A DNA stretch of 64,000 nt from assembly GCA_023138875.1 (NCBI GenBank), contig JAGLOO010000037.1:23471-87470 (forward strand), read 5' to 3'. Positions 11,229 to 21,694 of this stretch are shown piece by piece. The position numbers and the translations under genes are program-made. Origin of the DNA: Bacteroidales bacterium. Its GTDB lineage: Bacteria > Bacteroidota > Bacteroidia > Bacteroidales > GCA-2748055. The notes under the pieces were generated by a model, which worked only from the letters and a program-made list of their open reading frames with translations, had not been told where the DNA came from and ran no database searches. Each line of letters begins with the position of its first letter. Within the stretch, counting starts at the first letter, position 1.

Positions 11229-13676
11229 CTATTTTACTTTACTCATTTTAGATCCTTTGGAGAAAACCTTTTTTCTGTTTTTTACAAAAATATTATCCTT
11301 CTTATGATTTGTGTAATATTTTCCATAGGATCCATGTTTGACCGTATCTCCATTTATCAGGATCTGGACATTATCTATGTTCTTTGATTCGATATCCTCG
11401 ATACTCGATAGAAGCATCCGTTTCTTCACATAACCAAGTCTGGATACATAAATCTTGATATCTGCAAACTTCATCAGAACAAAAGAGTCTGTGAGTACAC
11501 CGTAAGGAGGTGTATCAATTACGATGTAATCATACTTCTTCCTCAGCTCCTCGAATAATTGCTCGGTTTTCCTGCTGGAGATCAGCTCAATGGGATTTGG
11601 AGGAATCTGTCCAGCCAGGACAATATCCAGGTTCTCCACTTCTGATGATATGGTTATTTCGTCGAGTTCGGCCTTATTGATCAGGTATGAGCTAACACCT
11701 ACCAGTCCCCTGATACCCAATTTTGAATAGAGCTCACTGGGTCTTCTCAAGTCGAATTCAATCAGCAGAGTTCGATTGTTTGTCACAGCAAGACTGCTGG
11801 CAATATTCAGCGCAGAATAGGATTTACCCTCCCCCTCCATGGTAGAAGTAACCAGGATCACCTGGTTCCGTCTCCCCATCAAATAGTATATGATATTGCT
11901 TCTGAGTGTATGAAATGCTTCAGCGGTTATTGAATTGGGCTCGTCTGTAATTACATTGATTGTATTCCTGTTGTTCTGGGGAATGTTGCCGATCTGTGTC
12001 AGGCTGGTGTATTTTCGTAACTCTTCCTTATTCAGGATCTTAGTGGTGAAGAATTTTTTACCTAGAACAAACAGAGAAGGTATTAAAATTCCGAGGAAAA
12101 GTGCTCCGATCAGAATGATTATCTTTTTCGGTGCGTGGATGGATGCATACTGGGGCGGTTCAACCACTTCGCAGTCAGGCAGGGTTGATGCTTTAATGAT
12201 CTGGGCCTGTATGCGTTGTTCCAGCAGGGACATGTACACATTTTCACTCAGGTTGAATTTCCTTTCAATGCCAAGCAGTCTTCTTTGCGTAAAAGGTAAA
12301 CTTGAAAATTCTCTGTTAAGTCCCCTGATTTTGTTATTGATATCACTCAACTCCGCATTCGTTGTATTGATGCTGTAATGCAAATTCTCAGTGATCACCT
12401 CCTTCAGGTTGCTGATGGTAATATCCAGTATCTTTAATCTGGGGCTTCTGAGCTGATTACTATTAATGATCTGCTGACGCTCAGCGTTTAAGGTAGTAAG
12501 CTCCTGAATAAGGCTGGTTAGCAAAGGATCGTCCAGTCCCATGGCCGAGGGAGCCATGAATCCTGAAGAATCCCTGTTTGAGGAGAAATAATCCTCCATC
12601 TGAACCAGATAATTGCGTCTCCGTTCAATTTCATCTTTTTGTGTCTCGGAAGCCTGTCTCTGATTGTAAATATTTCCTGCTTTCTCGTCAATATTCATCA
12701 CACTGGCACTGCGCCGGATATTTTGCAGCTCCTGCTCGGAACTTCCCAGCGATTCTGATATATCTGAAAGCTGAAAATCCAGGTGTTCAATGGTCTTAAT
12801 TGCCAGGTAATTCTTCTTCTCCAAATTGTTTTCAATATACTTGTTGATCAAACCATTCAGAAAATCAATACCCTTTTGTAAATTGTCAGTATTCAGAGAC
12901 ATCTCTACCATGGTTGCGTCAATGAACGAAGCTTCCACAGTTAGTGATTTTTTATGAATGGCAGTCAGTGTATTATTGGTGTTAAACTTAAAGAACAGGT
13001 CTTTCCCCAGGTAAGTATTCGAATTATAGTTCGAATTTAACAGGACACGAAAGGAAGTAAATGTATTGCTGATCTCTTCTCCGAATTTATATGTCCCCCC
13101 AATTTGAAACGGGGTTGATGGATAAGCCACACTCTCATCCTTGAAATCCACAATCGTTGCATCTCTGCTCAGGGCCGACACCAGACAGCTCTCTTCGTCC
13201 AATATCTTAATATAGATGTAGATCTCAACCGGCTGAAGATGTTCCTTGTCGGGAATCACAATAAAGGGAGCCTCTTCATAAAGATCTTTCATACTGAATT
13301 CTATCTCCTTGGGTATTTTGTCTTCCTGGAGATAGTAGGAAACCTGAAGGTCCATTGCCTCCACAACCGTCTTGATCAACGGGGAGGATTGCAGAAAAAA
13401 GATCTCATTCTGAAGGTTCTTATCCTGTTCAATCAGCTCATAGACCCTCATCATATCATCTGTTTTTGCCCCGAATGCATTGGACCGCTCAATTTTTAAT
13501 AATACAGAAGCGGTTACTTTATAGGTCCTCGCTGCAACCTTGATGTAAAAAAGTGCTATTCCAAGTGTTAAAGCCATCGAGATAGCCACCACATACCAGT
13601 ACTTAACAAGATCCCGAACAAATTCTGTAATATAATTTAATGCTGTATCATTCGAATTATTCATATTGATTTGCAC
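11229..13676 (-). CDS. polysaccharide co-polymerase / tyrosine autokinase (Wzc/GumC-like)
   Basis: 815 aa with two TM segments flanking a long coiled periplasmic region. C-terminal P-loop kinase (VTSTMEGEGKSYSALNIASSLA, VIDTPP) and a Tyr-containing tail (GSYGKYYTNH). Start may be M5 (13664). Confidence 0.85.
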   Translation of the reverse strand: MQINMNNSNDTALNYITEFVRDLVKYWYVVAISMALTLGIALFYIKVAARTYKVTASVLLKIERSNAFGAKTDDMMRVYELIEQDKNLQNEIFFLQSSPLIKTVVEAMDLQVSYYLQEDKIPKEIEFSMKDLYEEAPFIVIPDKEHLQPVEIYIYIKILDEESCLVSALSRDATIVDFKDESVAYPSTPFQIGGTYKFGEEISNTFTSFRVLLNSNYNSNTYLGKDLFFKFNTNNTLTAIHKKSLTVEASFIDATMVEMSLNTDNLQKGIDFLNGLINKYIENNLEKKNYLAIKTIEHLDFQLSDISESLGSSEQELQNIRRSASVMNIDEKAGNIYNQRQASETQKDEIERRRNYLVQMEDYFSSNRDSSGFMAPSAMGLDDPLLTSLIQELTTLNAERQQIINSNQLRSPRLKILDITISNLKEVITENLHYSINTTNAELSDINNKIRGLNREFSSLPFTQRRLLGIERKFNLSENVYMSLLEQRIQAQIIKASTLPDCEVVEPPQYASIHAPKKIIILIGALFLGILIPSLFVLGKKFFTTKILNKEELRKYTSLTQIGNIPQNNRNTINVITDEPNSITAEAFHTLRSNIIYYLMGRRNQVILVTSTMEGEGKSYSALNIASSLAVTNNRTLLIEFDLRRPSELYSKLGIRGLVGVSSYLINKAELDEITISSEVENLDIVLAGQIPPNPIELISSRKTEQLFEELRKKYDYIVIDTPPYGVLTDSFVLMKFADIKIYVSRLGYVKKRMLLSSIEDIESKNIDNVQILINGDTVKHGSYGKYYTNHKKDNIFVKNRKKVFSKGSKMSKVK

Positions 13677-13678
13677 TA

Positions 13679-14452
13679 TTAATTTAAATACGTGACCATA
13701 AAAGTTAATACGACTATAGTGAGAGATGCCATGGATAAAAGCAAATCATAAGGAAAGGTATCCATTCCCCATTTTTTACTTTTTAAGGGTTCAACATAAA
13801 TAATATCATTGGATTTAACCATATAATACTCAGAGGTCAGGAGTGCATCGCTTGTAAGGTCTATCTCATATTTGGACCTGTATTCGCCCTCCTCCCGGAT
13901 GATGAGTACATTCTTCCTGTTACCGAAAGTGGCAACATCATTTGCATACCCGATGGCCTGAAGAATATTGACGCTCTTGTAGTTAAATACGTATACACCC
14001 GGTCTGTTCACTTCCCCAAGAATGGTCACCTTATTGTTTACAAACCGGATAAATACAGATGGATAAAGCAGGTATTGCGCCAGTTCCTCCTCAATGTGGT
14101 CAGATGCCTGAACCAGTGTCAGTCCGGATAGTTTAACCCTGTTAATATAGGGTAGTTTTATATATCCCTCATCATCAACGGTATAGCTTATGACCGAGGG
14201 GTCTTGCACTGTCTCCTGCCTGCTCTGGTTAAAGTTGGTCTGGGTTTCGTCGGCACTGGAAACCTTAATATACAGTTCATCGCCCTGCCTGATGGAATTA
14301 TCCAGCGGTTCATCGATAAAGTACATGTTTTTATTTTGCTGAGAGAGCATCTCCCTGCTATCCTGAACATACAAAATCTTTTTGTTCGGAACACATGAGG
14401 CCAGTGTGGCAGTGATCAGAACTGCGATTCCTATTTCCCTAAATCCTGACAT
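13679..14452 (-). CDS. polysaccharide export protein (Wza/BexD family)
   Basis: Lipoprotein-type signal (LITATLASC), Poly_export-like block (IRQGDELYIKVSS) and SLBB-like block (GEVNRPGVYVF). Stop lies 2 nt upstream of the Wzc-like start. Confidence 0.8.
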   Translation of the reverse strand: MSGFREIGIAVLITATLASCVPNKKILYVQDSREMLSQQNKNMYFIDEPLDNSIRQGDELYIKVSSADETQTNFNQSRQETVQDPSVISYTVDDEGYIKLPYINRVKLSGLTLVQASDHIEEELAQYLLYPSVFIRFVNNKVTILGEVNRPGVYVFNYKSVNILQAIGYANDVATFGNRKNVLIIREEGEYRSKYEIDLTSDALLTSEYYMVKSNDIIYVEPLKSKKWGMDTFPYDLLLSMASLTIVVLTFMVTYLN

Positions 14453-14568
14453 TTAATACCCTTTAGTTGAATCGTAAAGATAGGAACTATAAGCAATATT
14501 ATAACATTGAAAACTAGCAAATGAGAAGATGCTTTGAGATTATTAAGTTCAGTAATGGTGTATTCCCG

Positions 14569-16008
14569 TTAATGCCCCCCTGCCATGAAGAAGGTTTTTA
14601 CTGTCTTGAAAAACAGTTCGAAATCTTTGCGAAGGTTCCAGTTATCAATGTATGAAAGATCCAGTTCCATCCATTGCTCAAAAGAAACATCATGCCTGTC
14701 AGGAACAATTTGCCAGGTGCAGGTAATACCAGGTTTCACCGAAAGCCTCCTCAGTTGCCAGCGCTCATATTGTTTCACTTCGTCTTCCAGCGGAGGCCGG
14801 GGCCCTATAAGTGACATTTCTCCCCTTACCACGTTTAAAAACTGCGGCAATTCATCAAGACCGGTCTTTCTGAGAAATATCCCGACCCGTGTAATCCTGG
14901 GATCATCCTTTATTTTAAATACCGGGCCATCTGCTTCATTTCTTTCTTTCAGCTTCTTCAACTGCTCTTCTGCATCGACCACCATGGTCCTGAATTTGAA
15001 TAATTTAAATTTCCTTCCCCGCAATCCGATCCGCTCCTGTTTGAAAAATACGGGGCCTTTGGAACCAACTTTAATGACTATGCCGATAAAAAGAAAGACC
15101 GGGAATAGCAAAATAACAGCCAGGATGGAAAAATAGATGTCTCCCATCGTTTTTAAAATGAGTGACAGGCTGTTGGAGGGAACGTCAACGATGGAGAGAT
15201 CTTTTGTTTTATTCAAAGTTTTCAACTGGAACTCTGTCGGATCAAGCGGAGAGACCGAGGATTGCAACCTGAAAATAACTCCAACCTCGTTGCAAACAGC
15301 AACTACGTTCTTAATCAGCTCAATATCTACATCCCTCTTGCAGTACATCACTTCATCAATAATAGAGTTATCGATCGCTTTCTTCAGCTTCTCCTGACTG
15401 GAGATGATCTTTATTTGCGATCCATACTTGGCCTTGATTAATTTAGAGTCTGTAAGGATGGAAACAATTTTAAAACCCCATTCTTTCTGATTCAACAGGT
15501 TCTCGATGACACCATCGGAAAAGGCATCTGCCATTATTAACACGTGATGCGAACTCCGGCCGTACGAGCGATAAGCCTTCAAAGCTTTAAAAGCAAGCAG
15601 TCTGAAGACCAGGGTCAGTATGAATAATGTGGTCACATAGACCACGATCAAAAGAACAGGAAGTGATGTGAGCCTGAAAAGTACTTTTACAATCAACAAA
15701 CCCACAAATATGATAAACGCACTTCGCGTAAACTGAAATGCCAGTGTCAGATTTCGCTGGGTTCTCGGTATCTTTGCCATGGCGGTAATCCTCGAAAGAA
15801 CAAACCAGGACATAAGAATGAACGCAAAGAAAAATATGGCTTCAAAGGTCTTCACTTCCATCTCAGGAATGAAAAACCGCTTTGTCAGCCAGATTGCTAT
15901 GGGAAAGTTTATGCTGGCAAGAATCAACTCAACAAGGTCAATAAAACCTTTGGCTCTGCCCTTGTTGTTCAGCTTGTAATCTTTAATCTTGCTGTAAATG
16001 TGTGTCAT
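14569..16008 (-). CDS. polyprenyl-phosphate hexose-1-phosphate transferase (WbaP-like priming glycosyltransferase)
   Basis: N-terminal TM bundle and a C-terminal bacterial sugar transferase domain (PVFFKQERIGLRGRKFKLFKFRTM...GLDELPQ...GEMSLIGPRPP). Confidence 0.85.
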   Translation of the reverse strand: MTHIYSKIKDYKLNNKGRAKGFIDLVELILASINFPIAIWLTKRFFIPEMEVKTFEAIFFFAFILMSWFVLSRITAMAKIPRTQRNLTLAFQFTRSAFIIFVGLLIVKVLFRLTSLPVLLIVVYVTTLFILTLVFRLLAFKALKAYRSYGRSSHHVLIMADAFSDGVIENLLNQKEWGFKIVSILTDSKLIKAKYGSQIKIISSQEKLKKAIDNSIIDEVMYCKRDVDIELIKNVVAVCNEVGVIFRLQSSVSPLDPTEFQLKTLNKTKDLSIVDVPSNSLSLILKTMGDIYFSILAVILLFPVFLFIGIVIKVGSKGPVFFKQERIGLRGRKFKLFKFRTMVVDAEEQLKKLKERNEADGPVFKIKDDPRITRVGIFLRKTGLDELPQFLNVVRGEMSLIGPRPPLEDEVKQYERWQLRRLSVKPGITCTWQIVPDRHDVSFEQWMELDLSYIDNWNLRKDFELFFKTVKTFFMAGGH

Positions 16009-16329
16009 TCGAAAATAGATGTTTTAACGCTTTGACAAATCTAATTTGAGAAAATTCTACCATTTAGTACGTGAAAAAGACGTTAACGTTTTCCACAATT
16101 TGACCAAGCATGAGAAAGAAAATCTAAACGAATATTTTCTTAGGATAAGATCGCCGAATGCCCGAAAAACAAGGATTTTCAGGACTTGTTCATATCTCAC
16201 AGCCTCCAGTCAATTGGTCATTAGAATGGCTCCATTCGTCAATATTTGATAACTTTTTAGCCGTGTCGATAAACAATCTTTGTTACCTTAGCTTACATAG
16301 TAGTTCGATCGAAATGAAACCTGCTTTTT

Positions 16330-16698
16330 ATGGATGACCTGATTATAAAGCCAACAGATAAATCCCTTGCAGTTGATATCTCATATGGGATTTTAAACTT
16401 CATGGGTCGTTCCATCTTAACTGATCCCAAGATCTTCTTTGACCCGATTAATATCTGGGTGAATAGATACATTAAGAACCCTGCTGAGGAGACCGTTATT
16501 AACATCAAGCTTGAATATATAGATACAGCTTCTACCCAATCCCTCTATCAGATCCTTCGCCAGATCAACAGCGTCAGGAAAAAGGGACTGGTGGTGATGA
16601 TCAACTGGTACATTGAAGACGAAGATCCGGAAATGAAGGAACTGGGAGAAATGATTGAACAGCGCCTTGGTATTGAGTTTCAGTACATCCCGTATTAA
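16330..16698 (+). CDS. DUF1987 (SiaC-like) protein, copy 1
   Basis: 122 aa. IKPTDKSLAVD...F.GRSILTDP..FF.PI..WV..YI.NP...T..I.LEY.DTAS.QS matches my memory of the DUF1987/SiaC family. Clear paralog of 17680-18051. Confidence 0.65.
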   Translation: MDDLIIKPTDKSLAVDISYGILNFMGRSILTDPKIFFDPINIWVNRYIKNPAEETVINIKLEYIDTASTQSLYQILRQINSVRKKGLVVMINWYIEDEDPEMKELGEMIEQRLGIEFQYIPY

Positions 16699-16817
16699 AC
16701 CCTTGATCCTGAAGTCGTCCCCCGAATGTGTTTTTTTTTTCGAAATCAACTTGAAAATCTACTGCCATTTAAATAAAAAATCCTAAATTCGGTAGCTACA
16801 TGCAATAATGTGTTACT

Positions 16818-17636
16818 GTGTCTTTCATGGGAGAAAAAGCGAATAGATTAACCAGGACTGAATTAGAGGAATTGTGTCTGAAGCAGAATATCATCATCGA
16901 ACGGGATGATCCTCTCACAAACTCAAAAATATTCCTGCCGAATATCGAGAAGATCAATAAAATGATCAGGGAGTTTGACTTCCTTGTGGATGGAGAATCA
17001 AGGGGTAAGGCTGTGAATGAGATCAGTAAGATAGAGCGGTTTCTCTATGACAACGAGGAGAACGTTGATATCAAGAGCAAATTCCTCGCCACCTATTATT
17101 CAACCGCTTCCATGTATATTGAAAACCATCGCAGTTTACTGGAAGACAAACGATCGGAAAACTGGAAATACCTTTTCGTCAATTACTTCAAACTGGAAGA
17201 TATCTATAGATACTTTAACAAGGATACCGGTGCCTCCACCTTCTTTAAGGACTACACCATCTATAATGACATTGTGGACCTCACATACAATGTGAAGTTG
17301 ATGGAATACCTCAGAAGTCAGGTTGAGCTGCAGATCCCCGTTGACAATGACAGGGATATGCCATCGAAGATCGAGGAATCCAATTTGAAGCTCGTTCTGC
17401 TCCATGAACTGGGAGTGATTGACATGTTAAAGGAACAGATCACCGAAAATACATTTCCGAATATGGCTAAATTCCTGACAGTCATGTGCAATGAGGACCC
17501 ATCCAGCTGGCGGGATGTCCTTGATAAATTGAAGAACATGAATCTTCAGAATGACAAGGACCTGCTCACCGAGTTGAATCTGAACAAAGCACATGAAATA
17601 ATGTCGGTGTTTAGTATTGAATTGGAAAAAGAGTAA
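16818..17636 (+). CDS. hypothetical protein (helical, no recognisable motif)
   Basis: 272-aa ORF between the two DUF1987 genes on the same strand. The first ATG is at 16827 (the track uses GTG at 16818). Confidence 0.5.
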   Translation: MSFMGEKANRLTRTELEELCLKQNIIIERDDPLTNSKIFLPNIEKINKMIREFDFLVDGESRGKAVNEISKIERFLYDNEENVDIKSKFLATYYSTASMYIENHRSLLEDKRSENWKYLFVNYFKLEDIYRYFNKDTGASTFFKDYTIYNDIVDLTYNVKLMEYLRSQVELQIPVDNDRDMPSKIEESNLKLVLLHELGVIDMLKEQITENTFPNMAKFLTVMCNEDPSSWRDVLDKLKNMNLQNDKDLLTELNLNKAHEIMSVFSIELEKE

Positions 17637-17679
17637 TGGTATATTTGTAATTATTTCAAAACGCTGAAACTATATAAGT

Positions 17680-18051
17680 ATGGAAAACATCAGTATCGAA
17701 CCCACCAAAAAGTCTCTTGAAGTAGAATGCTCCCCAGGCTATTTTAAATTATCGGGGAATTCCATACTATCCGATCCACGGAAATTCTTCAAACCAATTG
17801 TCGAGTGGGTTGAACAGTACATTCAAAATCCTGAAGATTTAACCACCATTGATCTGAAACTAGAATACGTGGACACAGCTTCGGTGCAGAGTGTATTCGA
17901 TATCATGAGGATGTACAAACCGCTACAGGAAATGAACAAGGACGTTGCTGTGAATTTTTATTTTGAATTTGATGATCCGGAACTCCTGGAGCTGGGTGAG
18001 ATCATGGAGGGCCGTCTGGGTATTAAATTCAATTTTATCGAATACCAGTAG
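17680..18051 (+). CDS. DUF1987 (SiaC-like) protein, copy 2
   Basis: 123 aa. IEPTKKSLEVE...LSGNSILSDPRKFFKPIVEWVEQYIQNP...LKLEYVDTASVQS. Roughly 40 percent identical to copy 1 by eye. Confidence 0.65.
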   Translation: MENISIEPTKKSLEVECSPGYFKLSGNSILSDPRKFFKPIVEWVEQYIQNPEDLTTIDLKLEYVDTASVQSVFDIMRMYKPLQEMNKDVAVNFYFEFDDPELLELGEIMEGRLGIKFNFIEYQ

Positions 18052-18114
18052 ATTATATTTATTCTTTCCTGAGGTTGCAATAACCATATGATAATGATAT
18101 TTTGACTACCAGCT

Positions 18115-19083
18115 ATGATTGACAGACGAAAATTCTTACAGGCAGGCGCTGCTACAGCAGTTGGGACCGCTCTGATGGGATGCAATCCAAAGGAACAGTC
18201 ATCCCCTGCAACCGGTTCTCCGAAAAATGTCAGGCACAATCCCATTGGTGTCTCCACCTACTCTTTCTGGCAATTCAACGGTCCCCCGGAAAACACACCC
18301 ATTGAATCCTGTATTGACCATGCTGCAGCCATGGGATTTGACGGAATAGAACTGCTTCTTGTCCAAATGACCTCTGAAGAAAACAGCTATCTCCAGAGTT
18401 TGAAGAAAAGAGCTTTTCACAGCGGGCTTGATCTGATGGGATTTTCCACCCATCAGGGATACGTCAACCCGGACAAAGCCTACAGGGATGAAAACATTGA
18501 AAAGACCATCCATCAGATTGAACTGGCTTACAAACTGGGGATTCCCACCATGCGTTTGAATACAGGCCGCTGGGGCACCAGTGAGTCATTCGACCATTTG
18601 ATGGAGAACAGGGGCATTGAACCAGCCCTTGAAGGTTATACGGATGAAGATGGTTTTAAATGGGTCATCGACTCCATCGCCCAGTGCCTGCCAAAGGCCG
18701 AAGAATGCGGTGTTGTACTGGGATTGGAGAACCACTGGGGACTGGGACGGACTGCTGAGGGTGTGAGGCGTATTGTGGACGAGATCAATTCACCCTGGCT
18801 CAGTATCACCCTGGATACCGGGAACTTCCTTGAAGATCCTTATGACCAGCTCGAGAAACTTGCTCCGGACACCTTCCTGGTACAGGCAAAAACTTACTAC
18901 GGAGGGGGCAAGTGGTACACCCTGGACCTGGATTACCCGCGCATCGGCGAGATCATGCGAAAGCACAATTACAAAGGCTACATCTCCCTCGAATTTGAAG
19001 GGAATGCCGACCCAATGGAAGCCATTCCAAAGAGCCTCCAGGTATTGCAGGATTCTTTCTACTATGAGTTAGAGCCGGCTTGA
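18115..19083 (+). CDS. sugar phosphate isomerase/epimerase (xylose isomerase-like TIM barrel) with a twin-arginine signal
   Basis: MIDRRKFLQAGAATAVGTALMGC is a TAT/lipoprotein-like leader. GFDGIELL, LGLENHWG and DTGNF are motifs typical of the AP-endonuclease-2/xylose-isomerase-like TIM fold. Confidence 0.75.
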   Translation: MIDRRKFLQAGAATAVGTALMGCNPKEQSSPATGSPKNVRHNPIGVSTYSFWQFNGPPENTPIESCIDHAAAMGFDGIELLLVQMTSEENSYLQSLKKRAFHSGLDLMGFSTHQGYVNPDKAYRDENIEKTIHQIELAYKLGIPTMRLNTGRWGTSESFDHLMENRGIEPALEGYTDEDGFKWVIDSIAQCLPKAEECGVVLGLENHWGLGRTAEGVRRIVDEINSPWLSITLDTGNFLEDPYDQLEKLAPDTFLVQAKTYYGGGKWYTLDLDYPRIGEIMRKHNYKGYISLEFEGNADPMEAIPKSLQVLQDSFYYELEPA

Positions 19084-19808
19084 CATTTTATCAAACCATA
19101 TCCGATTATTACAGGAAAATCTTTCCCCTGAATCCAGCACAGGTCAAATTTGTAAAAAATACTCTTGCGGAAACATGCCAACTTTCCCTTCTGGATATCG
19201 GGTGTGGAACGGGTGATCTGTCCCTTGAGCTTTCAAAATCGTTTAAGAAGGTAGTGGGCATTGACCTGGATGAGGCCATGCTTGATCAGGCCAGAAGTAA
19301 GTCGGCTGAGGATGGGAATGTAGAATTCATCAACCTGAATATGATGGATATCGGGCAACATTTTGGCAATGATGCTTTTAACTCCATCGTTTGTTTCGGG
19401 AATACCCTCGTCCACCTCAACACCCCCGATAGCATTTCCGGTTTTATCAATCAGTGTAAAAGGGTACTAACACAGGATGGAAAACTGTTGTTACAGATCA
19501 TAAATTACGACAGGATCCTGGATCTGAAAATAAGCTCCCTTCCTACCCTTGAGAACAACGATATCAGATTCGTCAGAAACTATCAATATCTTGAAGGTAT
19601 GCACCTGATTGATTTTGAAACGATTCTGACTGTAAAATCAACTAACCAGGTTATTAAAAGCAACATCAGGCTCTATCCATTGCGAAAAGCGGAGATTGAA
19701 TCTCTTATTAAGGAGGCAGGATTCAGGTCCTTTCAGGTTTACAGCAACTTCAACTGGGCGCCCCTGGCAGCTGAAAGCATTCCACTTGTCATAGAAGCTG
19801 ATAATTAA
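19080..19808 (+). CDS. class I SAM-dependent methyltransferase
   Basis: LLDIGCGTGDLSLEL (motif I) and VVGIDLDEAML (motif II). TTG start overlaps the upstream stop by 4 nt. Confidence 0.75.
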   Translation: MTFYQTISDYYRKIFPLNPAQVKFVKNTLAETCQLSLLDIGCGTGDLSLELSKSFKKVVGIDLDEAMLDQARSKSAEDGNVEFINLNMMDIGQHFGNDAFNSIVCFGNTLVHLNTPDSISGFINQCKRVLTQDGKLLLQIINYDRILDLKISSLPTLENNDIRFVRNYQYLEGMHLIDFETILTVKSTNQVIKSNIRLYPLRKAEIESLIKEAGFRSFQVYSNFNWAPLAAESIPLVIEADN

Positions 19809-19918
19809 CTTTTTAGATTCGCTATAAATTATCGGGATCAGTTTAATAGCAGTCTCAATTCTTGGGACAAGCAGTCCAATGTTTTTAACTTTATATCAAC
19901 CAACTATAATCCCCGGCA

Positions 19919-20596
19919 ATGATCAACTTTGAAACACTGTTTAAGATCTCTTACGGACTCTATATCGTAAGTTCCGGATCCAAGGAATACGGGAACGGAT
20001 ATATTTCCAATACCGTATTTCAGGTCACTTCAGAACCTCCTCAATTTGCAACATGCTGCAATAAGAATAACCATACAGCGGATATTATCCAATCTTCAGG
20101 GCTTTTCTCCGTATCGGTACTGCAAAGTGATGCAGCTTCAGGCACCATCGGGACTTTCGGTTATAAAAGCGGAAAAGAGATCAACAAGCTGGAGGGTATG
20201 GAAATTAAATACGGGGAAACAGGGGTACCCATTGTATTGAATGATGCCATTGCATTTCTTGAGTGTAAGGTGGTTGAGACCTATGACGTAGGTACCCATC
20301 TGATGTTCATTGGGAAACTTGTAAATGCTGATGTTCTTGATGACGAGAAGGATCCACTTACTTATCTCCATTACAGAAAAGTTAAGAAAGGTGTCGCACC
20401 TAAAAACGCCCCCACCTATATCGATATAACAAAACTGGAAAAAAAGTCTGATGTTAAGGAGAAAAATAAGCATCAGTGCCCCGCCTGCGGATACGTTTAT
20501 GATGAAGAAAAAGAGGATGTCGGTTTCGAGGAGTTGCCGGATGATTGGGTGTGTCCGGTTTGCGGATTGGAAAAAGAAGACTTCATTAAAATATAA
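19919..20596 (+). CDS. flavin reductase-like domain fused to C-terminal rubredoxin
   Basis: N-terminal flavin-reductase-like region (GLYIVSS...FLECKV...GTHLMFIG). C-terminal [11 protein letters not shown]...[10 protein letters not shown] is a rubredoxin 2xCxxC motif. Confidence 0.8.
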   Translation: MINFETLFKISYGLYIVSSGSKEYGNGYISNTVFQVTSEPPQFATCCNKNNHTADIIQSSGLFSVSVLQSDAASGTIGTFGYKSGKEINKLEGMEIKYGETGVPIVLNDAIAFLECKVVETYDVGTHLMFIGKLVNADVLDDEKDPLTYLHYRKVKKGVAPKNAPTYIDITKLEKKSDVKEKNKHQCPACGYVYDEEKEDVGFEELPDDWVCPVCGLEKEDFIKI

Positions 20597-20607
20597 ATCA
20601 AAAACTT

Positions 20608-21186
20608 ATGGAAAACTCAATTAAAGGAACAAGAACAGAGCAAAACCTGTTAAAAGCATTTGCCGGAGAATCACAGGCCAGGAACAGGTATGAATTCTTT
20701 GCCAAGCAGGCTAAAAAAGAGGGCTTTGAGCAAATCGCAGCCATCTTCCAGGAAACTGCAAACCAGGAGAAAGCACACGCTAAGAGGTTCTTTGAATTTC
20801 TTGAAGGGGGAGTGACAGAGATTACTGCCACCTACCCTGCCGGGATCATTGGATCAACTGCCGAAAACCTTAAAGCAGCAGCTGAAGGTGAAAACGAAGA
20901 GTGGACCGACCTCTACCCCGCTTTTGCGGAGATCGCCAAAGAAGAAGGATTTCCCCAGGTCGCAGTGGCATTTAAGATGATTGCCAGGGTTGAAGCAGAA
21001 CACGAACGTCGCTACCTGAAACTGCTTCAGAATATCTCAGAAGACAAGGTCTTTATGAAGGATGGCAAAGTGTGGTGGAAGTGCATCAACTGCGGATATG
21101 TGTATGAATCAGAAAAAGCGCTGGAAAACTGCCCGGCCTGCCTGCACCCGCAATCTTACATGCAAATGAAGGAAGAAAACTATTAG
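20608..21186 (+). CDS. rbr: rubrerythrin
   Basis: [22 protein letters not shown]...[11 protein letters not shown]...EAEHERRY is the di-iron four-helix bundle. C-terminal [10 protein letters not shown]...CPAC is a rubredoxin-like domain. Confidence 0.9.
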   Translation: MENSIKGTRTEQNLLKAFAGESQARNRYEFFAKQAKKEGFEQIAAIFQETANQEKAHAKRFFEFLEGGVTEITATYPAGIIGSTAENLKAAAEGENEEWTDLYPAFAEIAKEEGFPQVAVAFKMIARVEAEHERRYLKLLQNISEDKVFMKDGKVWWKCINCGYVYESEKALENCPACLHPQSYMQMKEENY

Positions 21187-21194
21187 AAAATAAT

Positions 21195-21452
21195 ATGATA
21201 GATGTAAAGGAAGCTTCAGATAAGGCAAAGGAATACCTGATTTCCTTCTTCCCCGATGCAGAGAATGTGCAACTGGAAGAAGCCGAATTAACCGACGATA
21301 AAACGCACTGGTTCATTACATTGAGCTACGAGGGAGTCTCCAACTCTGTTGCCAGCTCCCTCCTGGTAGGTAAATCAGTCAGATACAAAATCTTCAAGCT
21401 GCATGCCAAAAGCGGTGAGATTTTGTCCATGAAGATCAGGGATATCAAGTAG
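21195..21452 (+). CDS. small hypothetical protein
   Basis: 85-aa ORF 8 nt downstream of rubrerythrin on the same strand. No motif recognised. Confidence 0.45.
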   Translation: MIDVKEASDKAKEYLISFFPDAENVQLEEAELTDDKTHWFITLSYEGVSNSVASSLLVGKSVRYKIFKLHAKSGEILSMKIRDIK

Positions 21453-21694
21453 ATATCACTGTGTACTCGACGGGATTATCCTGCTATCAGCCGGTCGACC
21501 CTGCCCCTGCCGGGCGAGCTGAAAAAGCGGCTTGCTCTTTGCTTCATACCATCTAAAGCGAAAGATTTACAGAAGTTAGTCCACCAAATATGTCATTTCA
21601 TCATTCAAAACCACTTCATTAATCAATCACCAGTTCGTTTTTGTAACAAAAAAAATATCTATAACGTACTATATTACAGTGTATAACGAAATAG

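Noticed and set aside
16046-16249. 67-aa ORF in the wbaP / DUF1987 intergenic region
   Set aside because: It lies in a divergent promoter region, is low-complexity and basic, and has no motif. It is most likely non-coding.
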